Below, piece by piece: positions 19,154 through 26,296 of a DNA stretch of 32,000 nucleotides (the first letter of the stretch is position 1; each line of letters starts with the position of its first letter). The notes under the pieces are model-generated. The model ran no database searches. It was not told the origin of the DNA and saw nothing but the letters and a program-made list of their open reading frames with translations. Origin of the DNA: Nostoc sp. NMS9 (lineage in GTDB: Bacteria; Cyanobacteriota; Cyanobacteriia; Cyanobacteriales; Nostocaceae); the NCBI RefSeq assembly GCF_017114995.1, contig NZ_JABXKL010000029.1, forward strand, positions 18,872 to 50,871, read 5' to 3'. A program made the translations under genes and the position numbers.

Positions 19154-19543
19154 ATGAAAAACAAAGTATTGTTTGGCGCTATATTCATGGCAACTTGGGT
19201 AGGAACATTAATTCCTAGCGCTTTTGCTGCCTCACCCTGTTCTGTGGGACAAAAGGCTGAGGTTCTTTGGAAAGAAGCATGGTATCCAGCTACGGTACTT
19301 AAGGTTAATGATGAGAAGTGCTATATTACCTACGATGGTTATGATAGTTCCTGGAATGAATGGGTTGGCACTACACGCTTTCGGGCATCATTTCAAACTG
19401 GAGATGCAGTAAGAATTTTGTGGAAGGGAAAATGGTATCCAGGGCAGGTTTTAGAAGTTAGTAACGATCTTTATAAAATTACTTATGATGGCTACGATAG
19501 CTCTTGGGATGAGTGGGTTGAACCTGCAAGGGTAAGTAGATAG
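19154..19543 (+). CDS. Exported protein with two tandem Tudor/Agenet-like (SH3-fold) repeats
   Basis: Signal peptide MKNKVLFGAIFMATWVGTLIPSAFA. Two about 47-aa repeats: GQKAEVLWKEAWYPATVLKVNDEKCYITYDGYDSSWNEWV and GDAVRILWKGKWYPGQVLEVSNDLYKITYDGYDSSWDEWV. Confidence 0.7.
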   Translation: MKNKVLFGAIFMATWVGTLIPSAFAASPCSVGQKAEVLWKEAWYPATVLKVNDEKCYITYDGYDSSWNEWVGTTRFRASFQTGDAVRILWKGKWYPGQVLEVSNDLYKITYDGYDSSWDEWVEPARVSR

Positions 19544-19568
19544 GGAATATTTCATTTTTATAATTTGG

Positions 19569-19601
19569 AAGGGACGATTTCACTTGTTGGAGTCGTCCCT
19601 T
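19569..19601 (+). terminator. Rho-independent terminator after the Tudor-like gene
   Basis: Stem aagggacga / tcgtccctt (9 bp), 15-nt loop, followed by the T-rich stretch aaattgttttataattt. Confidence 0.6.
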
Positions 19602-19685
19602 AAATTGTTTTATAATTTATTCTGTTATTTGCTCTCCATTACGTGTTTAGGGGCTGTTAGACTGAGAGCCATTAAGTAAAATCTC

Positions 19686-20078
19686 GTGTATTTTGGCAAA
19701 CTTATGGAGCCAGTATCACTCACCGCAGCTGCGATCGCCACTTTGGTAATCACCAAAGCCTTTGAAAAAACTGGTGAAATCATCGGCGAAAAGGCTTGGG
19801 ATGAAGGCGAAAAATTGTTAGTTCTGCTCAAACGCAAGGAACCTAGCACGGCGAAGGTTATCGAACAGGCTAAAACACAACCTTTAGATTATGGTCAAGC
19901 TTATCTTATTGGGCAGCAGGTAGAGGAAGCGGCAAAGAAAGATGATGAAATTGCTCAAGCTGTCGCAGCATTGGCTAAAGAAGCTCAACCGCAATTGACT
20001 CAAACTATTGAAAACTATAAAGGGATAATCATTAAAGGCGGAACTAATACTGTTTCTGGCAATACCTTTAACTTCTGA
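19686..20078 (+). CDS. Helical N-terminal (effector-like) domain, in frame with the downstream NB-ARC gene
   Basis: The track start is GTG 19686, but ATG 19704 is more likely. Hydrophobic first helix EPVSLTAAAIATLVITKAF, then charged helices, then a G/N/T-rich tail GIIIKGGTNTVSGNTFNF. It ends at TGA 20076-20078, which is in the same frame as ORF 20139..22736. Confidence 0.6.
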   Translation: MYFGKLMEPVSLTAAAIATLVITKAFEKTGEIIGEKAWDEGEKLLVLLKRKEPSTAKVIEQAKTQPLDYGQAYLIGQQVEEAAKKDDEIAQAVAALAKEAQPQLTQTIENYKGIIIKGGTNTVSGNTFNF

Positions 20079-20138
20079 CTACAGTCGCCCGAACGGGAAC
20101 GGGTAAAGTCAAATCCCTCTACTGAAATACCGCAAAAT

Positions 20139-22736
20139 TTGCCCCTGAGTGGGGTGGTGGAATTTATTGGACGTGAAGAAGAATTGCAAAATCTTCACCA
20201 ACTTTTGCAGGATAAAAGACAAGTTGCGATCGCAGCTATTTCTGGTATGGGTGGAGTTGGTAAAACAGAACTCGCCCTACAATATGCCATCCAGCAACGC
20301 AAAACATATAACGGTGGGCTTTGCTGGTTGCTACCAAAAACTGGGGATATGGGCATTCAAGTTGTGCAGTTTGCGAGAACGCAGCTTGATTTAAAGCCGC
20401 CAGAAGATTTTGATATACTCGCCCAAGTGCAATTCTGTTGGCGGCGTTGGCGTGAGGGCGAGGTGCTGCTAGTGCTGGATGATGTCAGCGACTACGAGCA
20501 AGTTAAGCCTTATCTACCGTCGTCATCTTCTCGGTTTAAAGTGTTGATGACTACGCGCCAGAAGCTGGGACGCATCGCACAATTATCTTTGGATGTGCTG
20601 CAACCAGAGGCGGCGCTGGAGTTATTAAAGTCTTTACTCAAAGAAACACCGGGGCGAATTGAAAAAGAATTAGCTTTAGCAAATCAGTTGTGTGAATGGC
20701 TGGGATATTTACCTTTGGGTGTGGAATTAGTAGGGCGCTATCTGGCGTGGAAACAGGATTTATCTTTAGCAGAAATGTTGCGGCGGTTGGAGAACAAGCG
20801 ATTAGATGAGCGTTCCCTCTCTAAATCTAAGTCGGAAGCCGATATGACAGCACAACGTGGTGTGTTAGCAGCTTTTGAGTTGAGTTGGCAGGAATTAGAG
20901 GACGACGATAAACAATTGGGCTGTTTATTGAGTTTATTTGCCGCCGCACCCATACCTTGGAAGTTGGTGGAACAGTGTCTACCAGAAGAAGATGCCGAAG
21001 ATTTAGAGGAAATTAGAGATTATAGCCTGCTGAATCTGCATTTACTCCAGCGCAAAGGTGAGGGAATCTATCAACTACATCCACTGTTGCGGGAGTTTTT
21101 TCAATATAAGCTTACAGGTTTAGAACAGGCAGAGGAATTTAAGCGATCGCTTTGTCGGGTAATGGTAGCGATCGCCAAAGATATTTCTGAAACTCCCACC
21201 CTTGAGCAAATCACCATTGTCTCTCCGGTCATACCTCATATAGCTGAGGTAGCGAAGAATCTGATTCAATACGTCAGCGATGATGATTTAATTTGGGCAT
21301 TCGTCGGAAACGCTCGATTTTACGATGGTCGAGGGTTGTATAACCAAGCTTTCCCTTGGTACAAGCAGTGTCTAGAAGTTACCAAAAAACGCTTAGGAGA
21401 GGAACACCCATTTGTTGCAGAAAGCCTCAACAACCTAGCATTACTCTACAACTCCCAGGGCAGATACAGCGAAGCAGAACCCCTTTTAATTCAAGCATTG
21501 GCACTCAGGCGCAAGTTGCTGGGAGAGGAACATCCAGATGTCGCCGTTAGCCTCAACAATCTAGCGGGACTCTACAGATATCAAGGCAGATACAGCGAAG
21601 CCAAACCCCTTTACATCCAAGCTTTAGGACTCTGGCGCAAGCTGCTGGGAGAAGAACATCCATCTGTCGCACGTAGCCTAAACAACCTAGCGGCATTGTA
21701 CGTATCTCAAGGCAGATACAGCGAAGCCGAACCCCTTTACATCCAAGCATTGGCACTCAGGCGCAAACTGCTGGGAGAAGAACATCCAGATGTCGCACTT
21801 AACCTCAACAACCTAGCAAGACTCTACGACTGCCAAGGCAGATACAGCGAAGCCGAACCCCTCTACATCCAAGCATTGGCACTCAGGCGCAAACTGCTGG
21901 GAGAAGAACATCCATCTGTCGCACTTAGCCTCAACAACCTAGCGAGACTCTACGAATCCCAAAGCAGATACAGCGAAGCCGAACCCCTTTTAATCCAAGC
22001 TTTGGCACTTAGGCACCAACTGCTGGGAGCAGAACATCCAGATGTCGCCGTTAGCCTCAACAACCTAGCGTTACTCTACTACTCCCAAGACAGATACAGC
22101 GAAGCCGAACCTCTTTTAATTCAAGCTTTGGCACTCTGGCGCAAGCTGCTGGGAGAAGAACATCCAGATGTCGCTACTAGCCTCAACAACCTAGCGTTAT
22201 TCTACGACTCCCAAGGCAGATACAGCGAAGCTGAACCCTTGTACATCGAAGCTTTGGCACTCAGCCGTCAACTGCTGGGAGAAGAACATCCAGATGTCGC
22301 CTCTAGCCTCAACAACCTAGCGGCATTCTACGACTCCCAAGGCAGATACAGCGAAGCCGAACCCCTTTACATCCAAGCTTTGGCACTCAGGCGTCAACTG
22401 CTGGGAGAAGAACACCCATTTGTTGCAGAAAGCCTCAACAATCTAGCAGTACTCTACTTTTCTCAAGGCAGATACAGCGAAGCCGAAACCCTTTTAATCC
22501 AAGCATTGGCGCTCAGGCGCAAACTGCTGGGAGAAAAACATCCAGATGTCGCCTGTAGCCTCAACAATATGGCAAAACTCTACTACTTACAAGGACGTTA
22601 CACCGAAGTTGAACCGTTGTATTTGCAAGCTTTGGAGATTTTTGAGCAACGATTAGGGGTAAGTCATTCCCGCACTATCAAGTGTTGTGAAAATTTGGCA
22701 AGTCTTCGCGATCGCCTCCCCCAAAATCCAGAATAA
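20139..22736 (+). CDS. STAND NTPase: NB-ARC domain plus TPR (kinesin-light-chain type, 42-aa) repeat sensor
   Basis: FIGREEEL lead-in, Walker A GMGGVGKTELA, Walker B LLVLDDV, helical/winged-helix region, then ten 42-aa TPR units. The only start available is TTG or GTG, and no RBS is seen. Confidence 0.9.
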   Translation: MPLSGVVEFIGREEELQNLHQLLQDKRQVAIAAISGMGGVGKTELALQYAIQQRKTYNGGLCWLLPKTGDMGIQVVQFARTQLDLKPPEDFDILAQVQFCWRRWREGEVLLVLDDVSDYEQVKPYLPSSSSRFKVLMTTRQKLGRIAQLSLDVLQPEAALELLKSLLKETPGRIEKELALANQLCEWLGYLPLGVELVGRYLAWKQDLSLAEMLRRLENKRLDERSLSKSKSEADMTAQRGVLAAFELSWQELEDDDKQLGCLLSLFAAAPIPWKLVEQCLPEEDAEDLEEIRDYSLLNLHLLQRKGEGIYQLHPLLREFFQYKLTGLEQAEEFKRSLCRVMVAIAKDISETPTLEQITIVSPVIPHIAEVAKNLIQYVSDDDLIWAFVGNARFYDGRGLYNQAFPWYKQCLEVTKKRLGEEHPFVAESLNNLALLYNSQGRYSEAEPLLIQALALRRKLLGEEHPDVAVSLNNLAGLYRYQGRYSEAKPLYIQALGLWRKLLGEEHPSVARSLNNLAALYVSQGRYSEAEPLYIQALALRRKLLGEEHPDVALNLNNLARLYDCQGRYSEAEPLYIQALALRRKLLGEEHPSVALSLNNLARLYESQSRYSEAEPLLIQALALRHQLLGAEHPDVAVSLNNLALLYYSQDRYSEAEPLLIQALALWRKLLGEEHPDVATSLNNLALFYDSQGRYSEAEPLYIEALALSRQLLGEEHPDVASSLNNLAAFYDSQGRYSEAEPLYIQALALRRQLLGEEHPFVAESLNNLAVLYFSQGRYSEAETLLIQALALRRKLLGEKHPDVACSLNNMAKLYYLQGRYTEVEPLYLQALEIFEQRLGVSHSRTIKCCENLASLRDRLPQNPE
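21402..22661 (+). repeat. Ten tandem 126-bp coding repeats (TPR units) with very high nucleotide identity
   Basis: gaacacccatttgttgcagaaagcctcaaca occurs at 21402 and 22410, exactly 8 x 126 bp apart. Units 3 and 4 share an 81-nt stretch differing at one base. Confidence 0.9.
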
Positions 22737-22841
22737 GCTAGTTTTGTGCAAAGCCTACCGTGATAAAACTGAAAAGCGCGATCGCCTAGACTAAAATTCA
22801 TATTGAACTAAGTAAAAATGCCATTCGACTTACTCAAAATG

Positions 22842-23098
22842 AGCTTTTACTTTCTCAAAATAAGCTTTTACTTTCTCAAACCCCAGTTTGCTTTCTCATT
22901 TTGGTGTTTTCCGCAAGCAAAATAAGCTTTTACTTATTCAAACTCCAGTTTGCTTACTCATTTTGGTGTTTTCCGCAAGCAAAAGGAGCTTTTACTTACT
23001 CAAACCCCAGTTTGCTTTCTCATTTTGGTGTTTTCCGCAAGCAAAAGGAGCTTTTACTTTCTCAAACTCCAGTTTGCTTTCTCATTTGAGTAATTCAC
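22842..23098. repeat. 62-bp tandem repeat array (about 3.8 units plus a 21-bp partial unit)
   Basis: The unit start agcttttact occurs at 22863, 22925, 22987 and 23049 (period 62), plus a partial unit at 22842. Units differ at only 3-5 positions and there are no unique spacers. Confidence 0.85.
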
Positions 23099-23301
23099 GC
23101 ATTCATTTTGGTATATCATTGAGCCGAAAGCTGGCGATGCTTTAGAAAAGAAGTGTAAATCGACAAGCGATGACTACGACAGCTACGCCTACGCATAGAG
23201 CGTATTGCTAGAGGCGATCGCTTTTCTTTAGATAAAGTTGTAAAAAAAAGCTATATGACCAGGGTTTATCTAGATACCAGTATTTATTTTAGAGGTAGAC
23301 A

Positions 23302-23529
23302 ATGGAAATTAAAGTTATTAACAAACAAGAAAATTTGCAAGAAGTTATGCAGGTTTTGCTCACTCATTTAGAACCATCGAAGGTAATGAAATTTTGGGCA
23401 GCTTGTAAACTAAGTGAAGGTGACTATTTGCAAGTTAAAGAAAAAGTATTTGCTAAAGAAACGGTTGCTAGCTTATATGCCAAAATCAAAGAATATCAAG
23501 ATGGTGATAGTAAGCAATCGCTAGAATGA
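23302..23529 (+). CDS. Small hypothetical protein (75 aa)
   Basis: ATG start. Helical and charged. Ends 30 bp before the Uma2 gene on the same strand. No motif recognised. Confidence 0.5.
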   Translation: MEIKVINKQENLQEVMQVLLTHLEPSKVMKFWAACKLSEGDYLQVKEKVFAKETVASLYAKIKEYQDGDSKQSLE

Positions 23530-23559
23530 AGCTTATATTCCTGAATTAAAGTTTCAACT

Positions 23560-24129
23560 ATGATAGCCTCGCCCCAACAAAACTATCTTACTGCTGAAGA
23601 ATACCTCCAAATGGAGGAACAGAGCGATATCAAGCATGAATATATAGACGGCTATATTTACGCAATGGCTGAGGTGCTTGATGCACATGTAACCATCGCT
23701 GGAAACCTTGCTACCTTCCTCCGTAATCATGTGCGTGGCTCTGGTTGTCGTGTTTACATCGCTGACATGAAAGCCAGAATCGAAACTCTGAACCGCTTTT
23801 ATTATCCCGATGTGATGGTTACTTGCGATCGACGAGATCGAGAAACACCAGGTTATAAAAGATTTCCCTGTTTAATTGTCGAAGTTTTATCTAATTCTAC
23901 CGAAGCCTTTGACTGGGGCGACAAATTCGCCGATTATCAAACACTGGAAAGTCTGCAAGAGTATGTTTTAATTAATACAAAACGTCAGCGAGTTGAGTGT
24001 TTTCGACTTAATGAGCAAGGGTTGTGGGTTTTACAATCCTACACATCAGAGCATCAATCATTTCGACTCAACAGCGTGGATTTTGAGGAAACAATGGCAG
24101 CACTCTACGAAGATGTAGTTTTTGAATAA
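23560..24129 (+). CDS. Uma2-family (DUF820) putative restriction-endonuclease-fold protein
   Basis: Typical N-terminus LTAEEYLQMEEQSDIKHEYIDGYIYAMA, and a PD-(D/E)xK-like core YYPDVMV...LIVEVLS. Confidence 0.85.
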   Translation: MIASPQQNYLTAEEYLQMEEQSDIKHEYIDGYIYAMAEVLDAHVTIAGNLATFLRNHVRGSGCRVYIADMKARIETLNRFYYPDVMVTCDRRDRETPGYKRFPCLIVEVLSNSTEAFDWGDKFADYQTLESLQEYVLINTKRQRVECFRLNEQGLWVLQSYTSEHQSFRLNSVDFEETMAALYEDVVFE

Positions 24130-24249
24130 TCAATTATTATAGGGCATTTGCCGCGATATTTAGTAAACTATATAACTGATAAGCCTTGAAGGCTTCCTAA
24201 CCAGGCGGAAGCGTTGATGAAAGCAGGCACAATTGATTAAAAAAAAGTT

Positions 24250-26106
24250 ATGGCGCTCATAGTTCAGAAATACGGTGGTACATCTGTCGGTTCAGTCGAA
24301 CGTATTCAAGCTGTTGCACAGCGTGTTTATAAAACTGTTAAAGCTGGAAACTCTATTGTCGTAGTGGTTTCGGCAATGGGCAAAACCACCGATGGACTCG
24401 TCAAACTAGCTACTGAAATTTCTCCAAATCCTAATCGCCGGGAAATGGATATGCTGCTTTCTACTGGCGAACAAGTAACTATTGCCTTACTCAGTATGGC
24501 ATTGCAGGAACTCGGACAACCAGCAATTTCCATGACTGGCGCTCAGGTAGGAATTGTTACTGAGGCTGAACACAGCCGCGCTCGGATTTTGCATATTGAA
24601 ACTACTCGCCTAACTCGCCACATCAATGCAGGTAAAGTAGTTGTAGTAGCTGGCTTCCAAGGTATATCCAGCGTCGGAGAGATGGAAATTACGACTTTGG
24701 GTCGTGGTGGTTCCGACACCTCAGCAGTGGCGATCGCAGCCGCATTAAAAGCGAATTTTTGCGAAATTTATACAGACGTTCCAGGGATTCTCACTACAGA
24801 CCCCCGTTTAGTTGCCGAAGCGCAGTTGATGGATGCCATCAGCTGCGATGAAATGTTGGAATTAGCTAGCTTGGGCGCAAAAGTGCTGCATCCCCGTGCT
24901 GTGGAAATTGCTCGTAACTATGGTGTTCCCCTTGTAGTTAGGTCTAGTTGGACGGATCAACCAGGTACTTGGGTGACATCAGCCAAACCTCAAGGGCGAT
25001 CGCTGATTAATTTAGAAATTGCCCGTCCTGTAGATGCTGTAGAATTTGACACTAACCAAGCAAAAGTCGCTTTGTTGCGCGTCCCCGACAAACCAGGTGT
25101 TGCAGCCAGGTTATTTGGTGAAATTTCTCGGCAAAAAGTAGATGTAGATTTGATTATTCAGTCAGTTCATGAAGGTAACAGTAATGACATTGCCTTTACG
25201 GTTACAACACCAATATTAAAACGGGCAGAAGCAGTAGCAACAGCGATCGCCCCAGCCCTGAGAAGTCAATCTAACCCCAAATCTGACGAAGCCGAGGTAA
25301 TGGTAGAACATAACATTGCCAAAGTCAGCATCGCAGGCGCAGGAATGATTGGCCGTCCTGGTGTAGCTGCAAAAATGTTCGCTACCTTAGCTGAAGCAGG
25401 CGTGAATATTCAAATGATTTCCACCAGCGAAGTGAAAGTAAGTTGTGTAGTCAATGCCGCGCAATGCGATCGCGCCGTCACCGCACTCCGCACCGCCTTT
25501 GAGATTGAGGCAGGGGAGCAGGGGAGCAGGGGAGCAGGGGAGAGTGCGTGCATAGATTCCCCTCTGCCCCTCCGCCCCTCCGCCCCTCTGCCCAATTGTC
25601 CTCCCGTTCGCGGTGTTGCCCTCGATTTGAATCAAGCGCGTCTTGCTATTCGCCAATTGCCAGATCGTCCGGGAATGGCGGCGAAGTTGTTTGGATTATT
25701 AGCGCAACATAATATTAGTGTTGATATGATTATCCAATCTCAGCGTTGTCGGGTGATTGATGGTGTTCCCAGACGAGATATTGCCTTTACAGTCTCGCGG
25801 ATAGACGGGGAAAATGCAAAAAAAATGCTTACCCAAGTAGCGGCAGAATTAGGATGGGGTGAAGTTGTTTTAGATAGTGCGATCGCTAAGGTGAGTATTG
25901 TCGGTGCAGGTATGGTAGGACAACCAGGTATTGCCGCTAAAATGTTTGAAGCTTTAGCTCAACAACAAATCAATATTCAAATGATTGCCACCTCTGAAAT
26001 CAAAATTAGTTGTGTTGTGGCACAAGAGCAAGGTGTTAAAGCTTTGCAAGCTATTCATGCAGCCTTTGAACTGGCTGGTAGCGAGAAATTTGTCGTGCCA
26101 GCGTAA
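24250..26106 (+). CDS. lysC: Aspartate kinase, long cyanobacterial form with duplicated ACT-domain pairs
   Basis: MALIVQKYGGTSVG start, VVVSAMGKTTD, GRGGSDTSAVA, two successive ACT-pair regions (KVSIAGAGM... and KVSIVGAGM...). Confidence 0.95.
   Translation: MALIVQKYGGTSVGSVERIQAVAQRVYKTVKAGNSIVVVVSAMGKTTDGLVKLATEISPNPNRREMDMLLSTGEQVTIALLSMALQELGQPAISMTGAQVGIVTEAEHSRARILHIETTRLTRHINAGKVVVVAGFQGISSVGEMEITTLGRGGSDTSAVAIAAALKANFCEIYTDVPGILTTDPRLVAEAQLMDAISCDEMLELASLGAKVLHPRAVEIARNYGVPLVVRSSWTDQPGTWVTSAKPQGRSLINLEIARPVDAVEFDTNQAKVALLRVPDKPGVAARLFGEISRQKVDVDLIIQSVHEGNSNDIAFTVTTPILKRAEAVATAIAPALRSQSNPKSDEAEVMVEHNIAKVSIAGAGMIGRPGVAAKMFATLAEAGVNIQMISTSEVKVSCVVNAAQCDRAVTALRTAFEIEAGEQGSRGAGESACIDSPLPLRPSAPLPNCPPVRGVALDLNQARLAIRQLPDRPGMAAKLFGLLAQHNISVDMIIQSQRCRVIDGVPRRDIAFTVSRIDGENAKKMLTQVAAELGWGEVVLDSAIAKVSIVGAGMVGQPGIAAKMFEALAQQQINIQMIATSEIKISCVVAQEQGVKALQAIHAAFELAGSEKFVVPA
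25511..25593. repeat. Octamer-repeat imperfect palindrome inside lysC
   Basis: Left arm (caggggag)x4 at 25511-25542, 16-nt spacer, right arm cccctctgcccctccgcccctccgcccctctgccc at 25559-25593. Related C-rich octamers occur at 31381-31406. Confidence 0.7.
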
Positions 26107-26113
26107 AATCTGA

Positions 26114-26160
26114 ATCAAAAGCCCTCACCCTAAATCCCTCTCCCAAGCTTGGGAGAGGAA
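26114..26160. mobile_element. Half-copy of the 18826-18936 element, directly after the lysC stop (possible terminator hairpin)
   Basis: atcaaaagccctcaccctaaatccctctcccaagcttgggagagg equals the reverse complement of 18892-18936 base for base over 45 bp. It contains the hairpin cctctccca-agct-tgggagagg. Confidence 0.6.
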
Positions 26161-26296
26161 CTTTGCAATATACACGCAGTAGCAGCCCACGCGTTGATCT
26201 CATTTGAAGTTGCTTAATAAATAAATATTTATATTTTAAAATCAGTAGTAATAACACGTAAGCTATAATCGAACAATTTATCAGACTATATTTATA

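Noticed and set aside
20076-20078. TGA decoded as selenocysteine.
   Set aside because: I see no convincing stem-loop immediately downstream that could act as a bacterial SECIS, and no selenoprotein context. This cannot be supported from sequence.
19686-20200. Two-gene amyloid-signalling (Bell plus BASS-type motif) arrangement, in which the small protein's C-terminal tail would be mirrored at the NLR N-terminus.
   Set aside because: The sequence after the TGA (LQSPERERVKSNPSTEIPQNLP...) has no G/N/Q-hydrophobic motif resembling GIIIKGGTNTVSGNTFNF. The same-frame arrangement fits a split fusion better.
22842-23098. Possible CRISPR array, suggested by regularly spaced repeats.
   Set aside because: The whole 62-bp period is conserved with no unique spacers between repeats, and there are no cas genes in the window.
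22888-23145. ORF-track entries 22888..23145 and 22901..23089 as protein genes.
   Set aside because: They exist only because the T/C-rich 62-bp repeat lacks stop codons. The period is not a multiple of 3, so the frame rotates each unit and the peptides are repeat artefacts.
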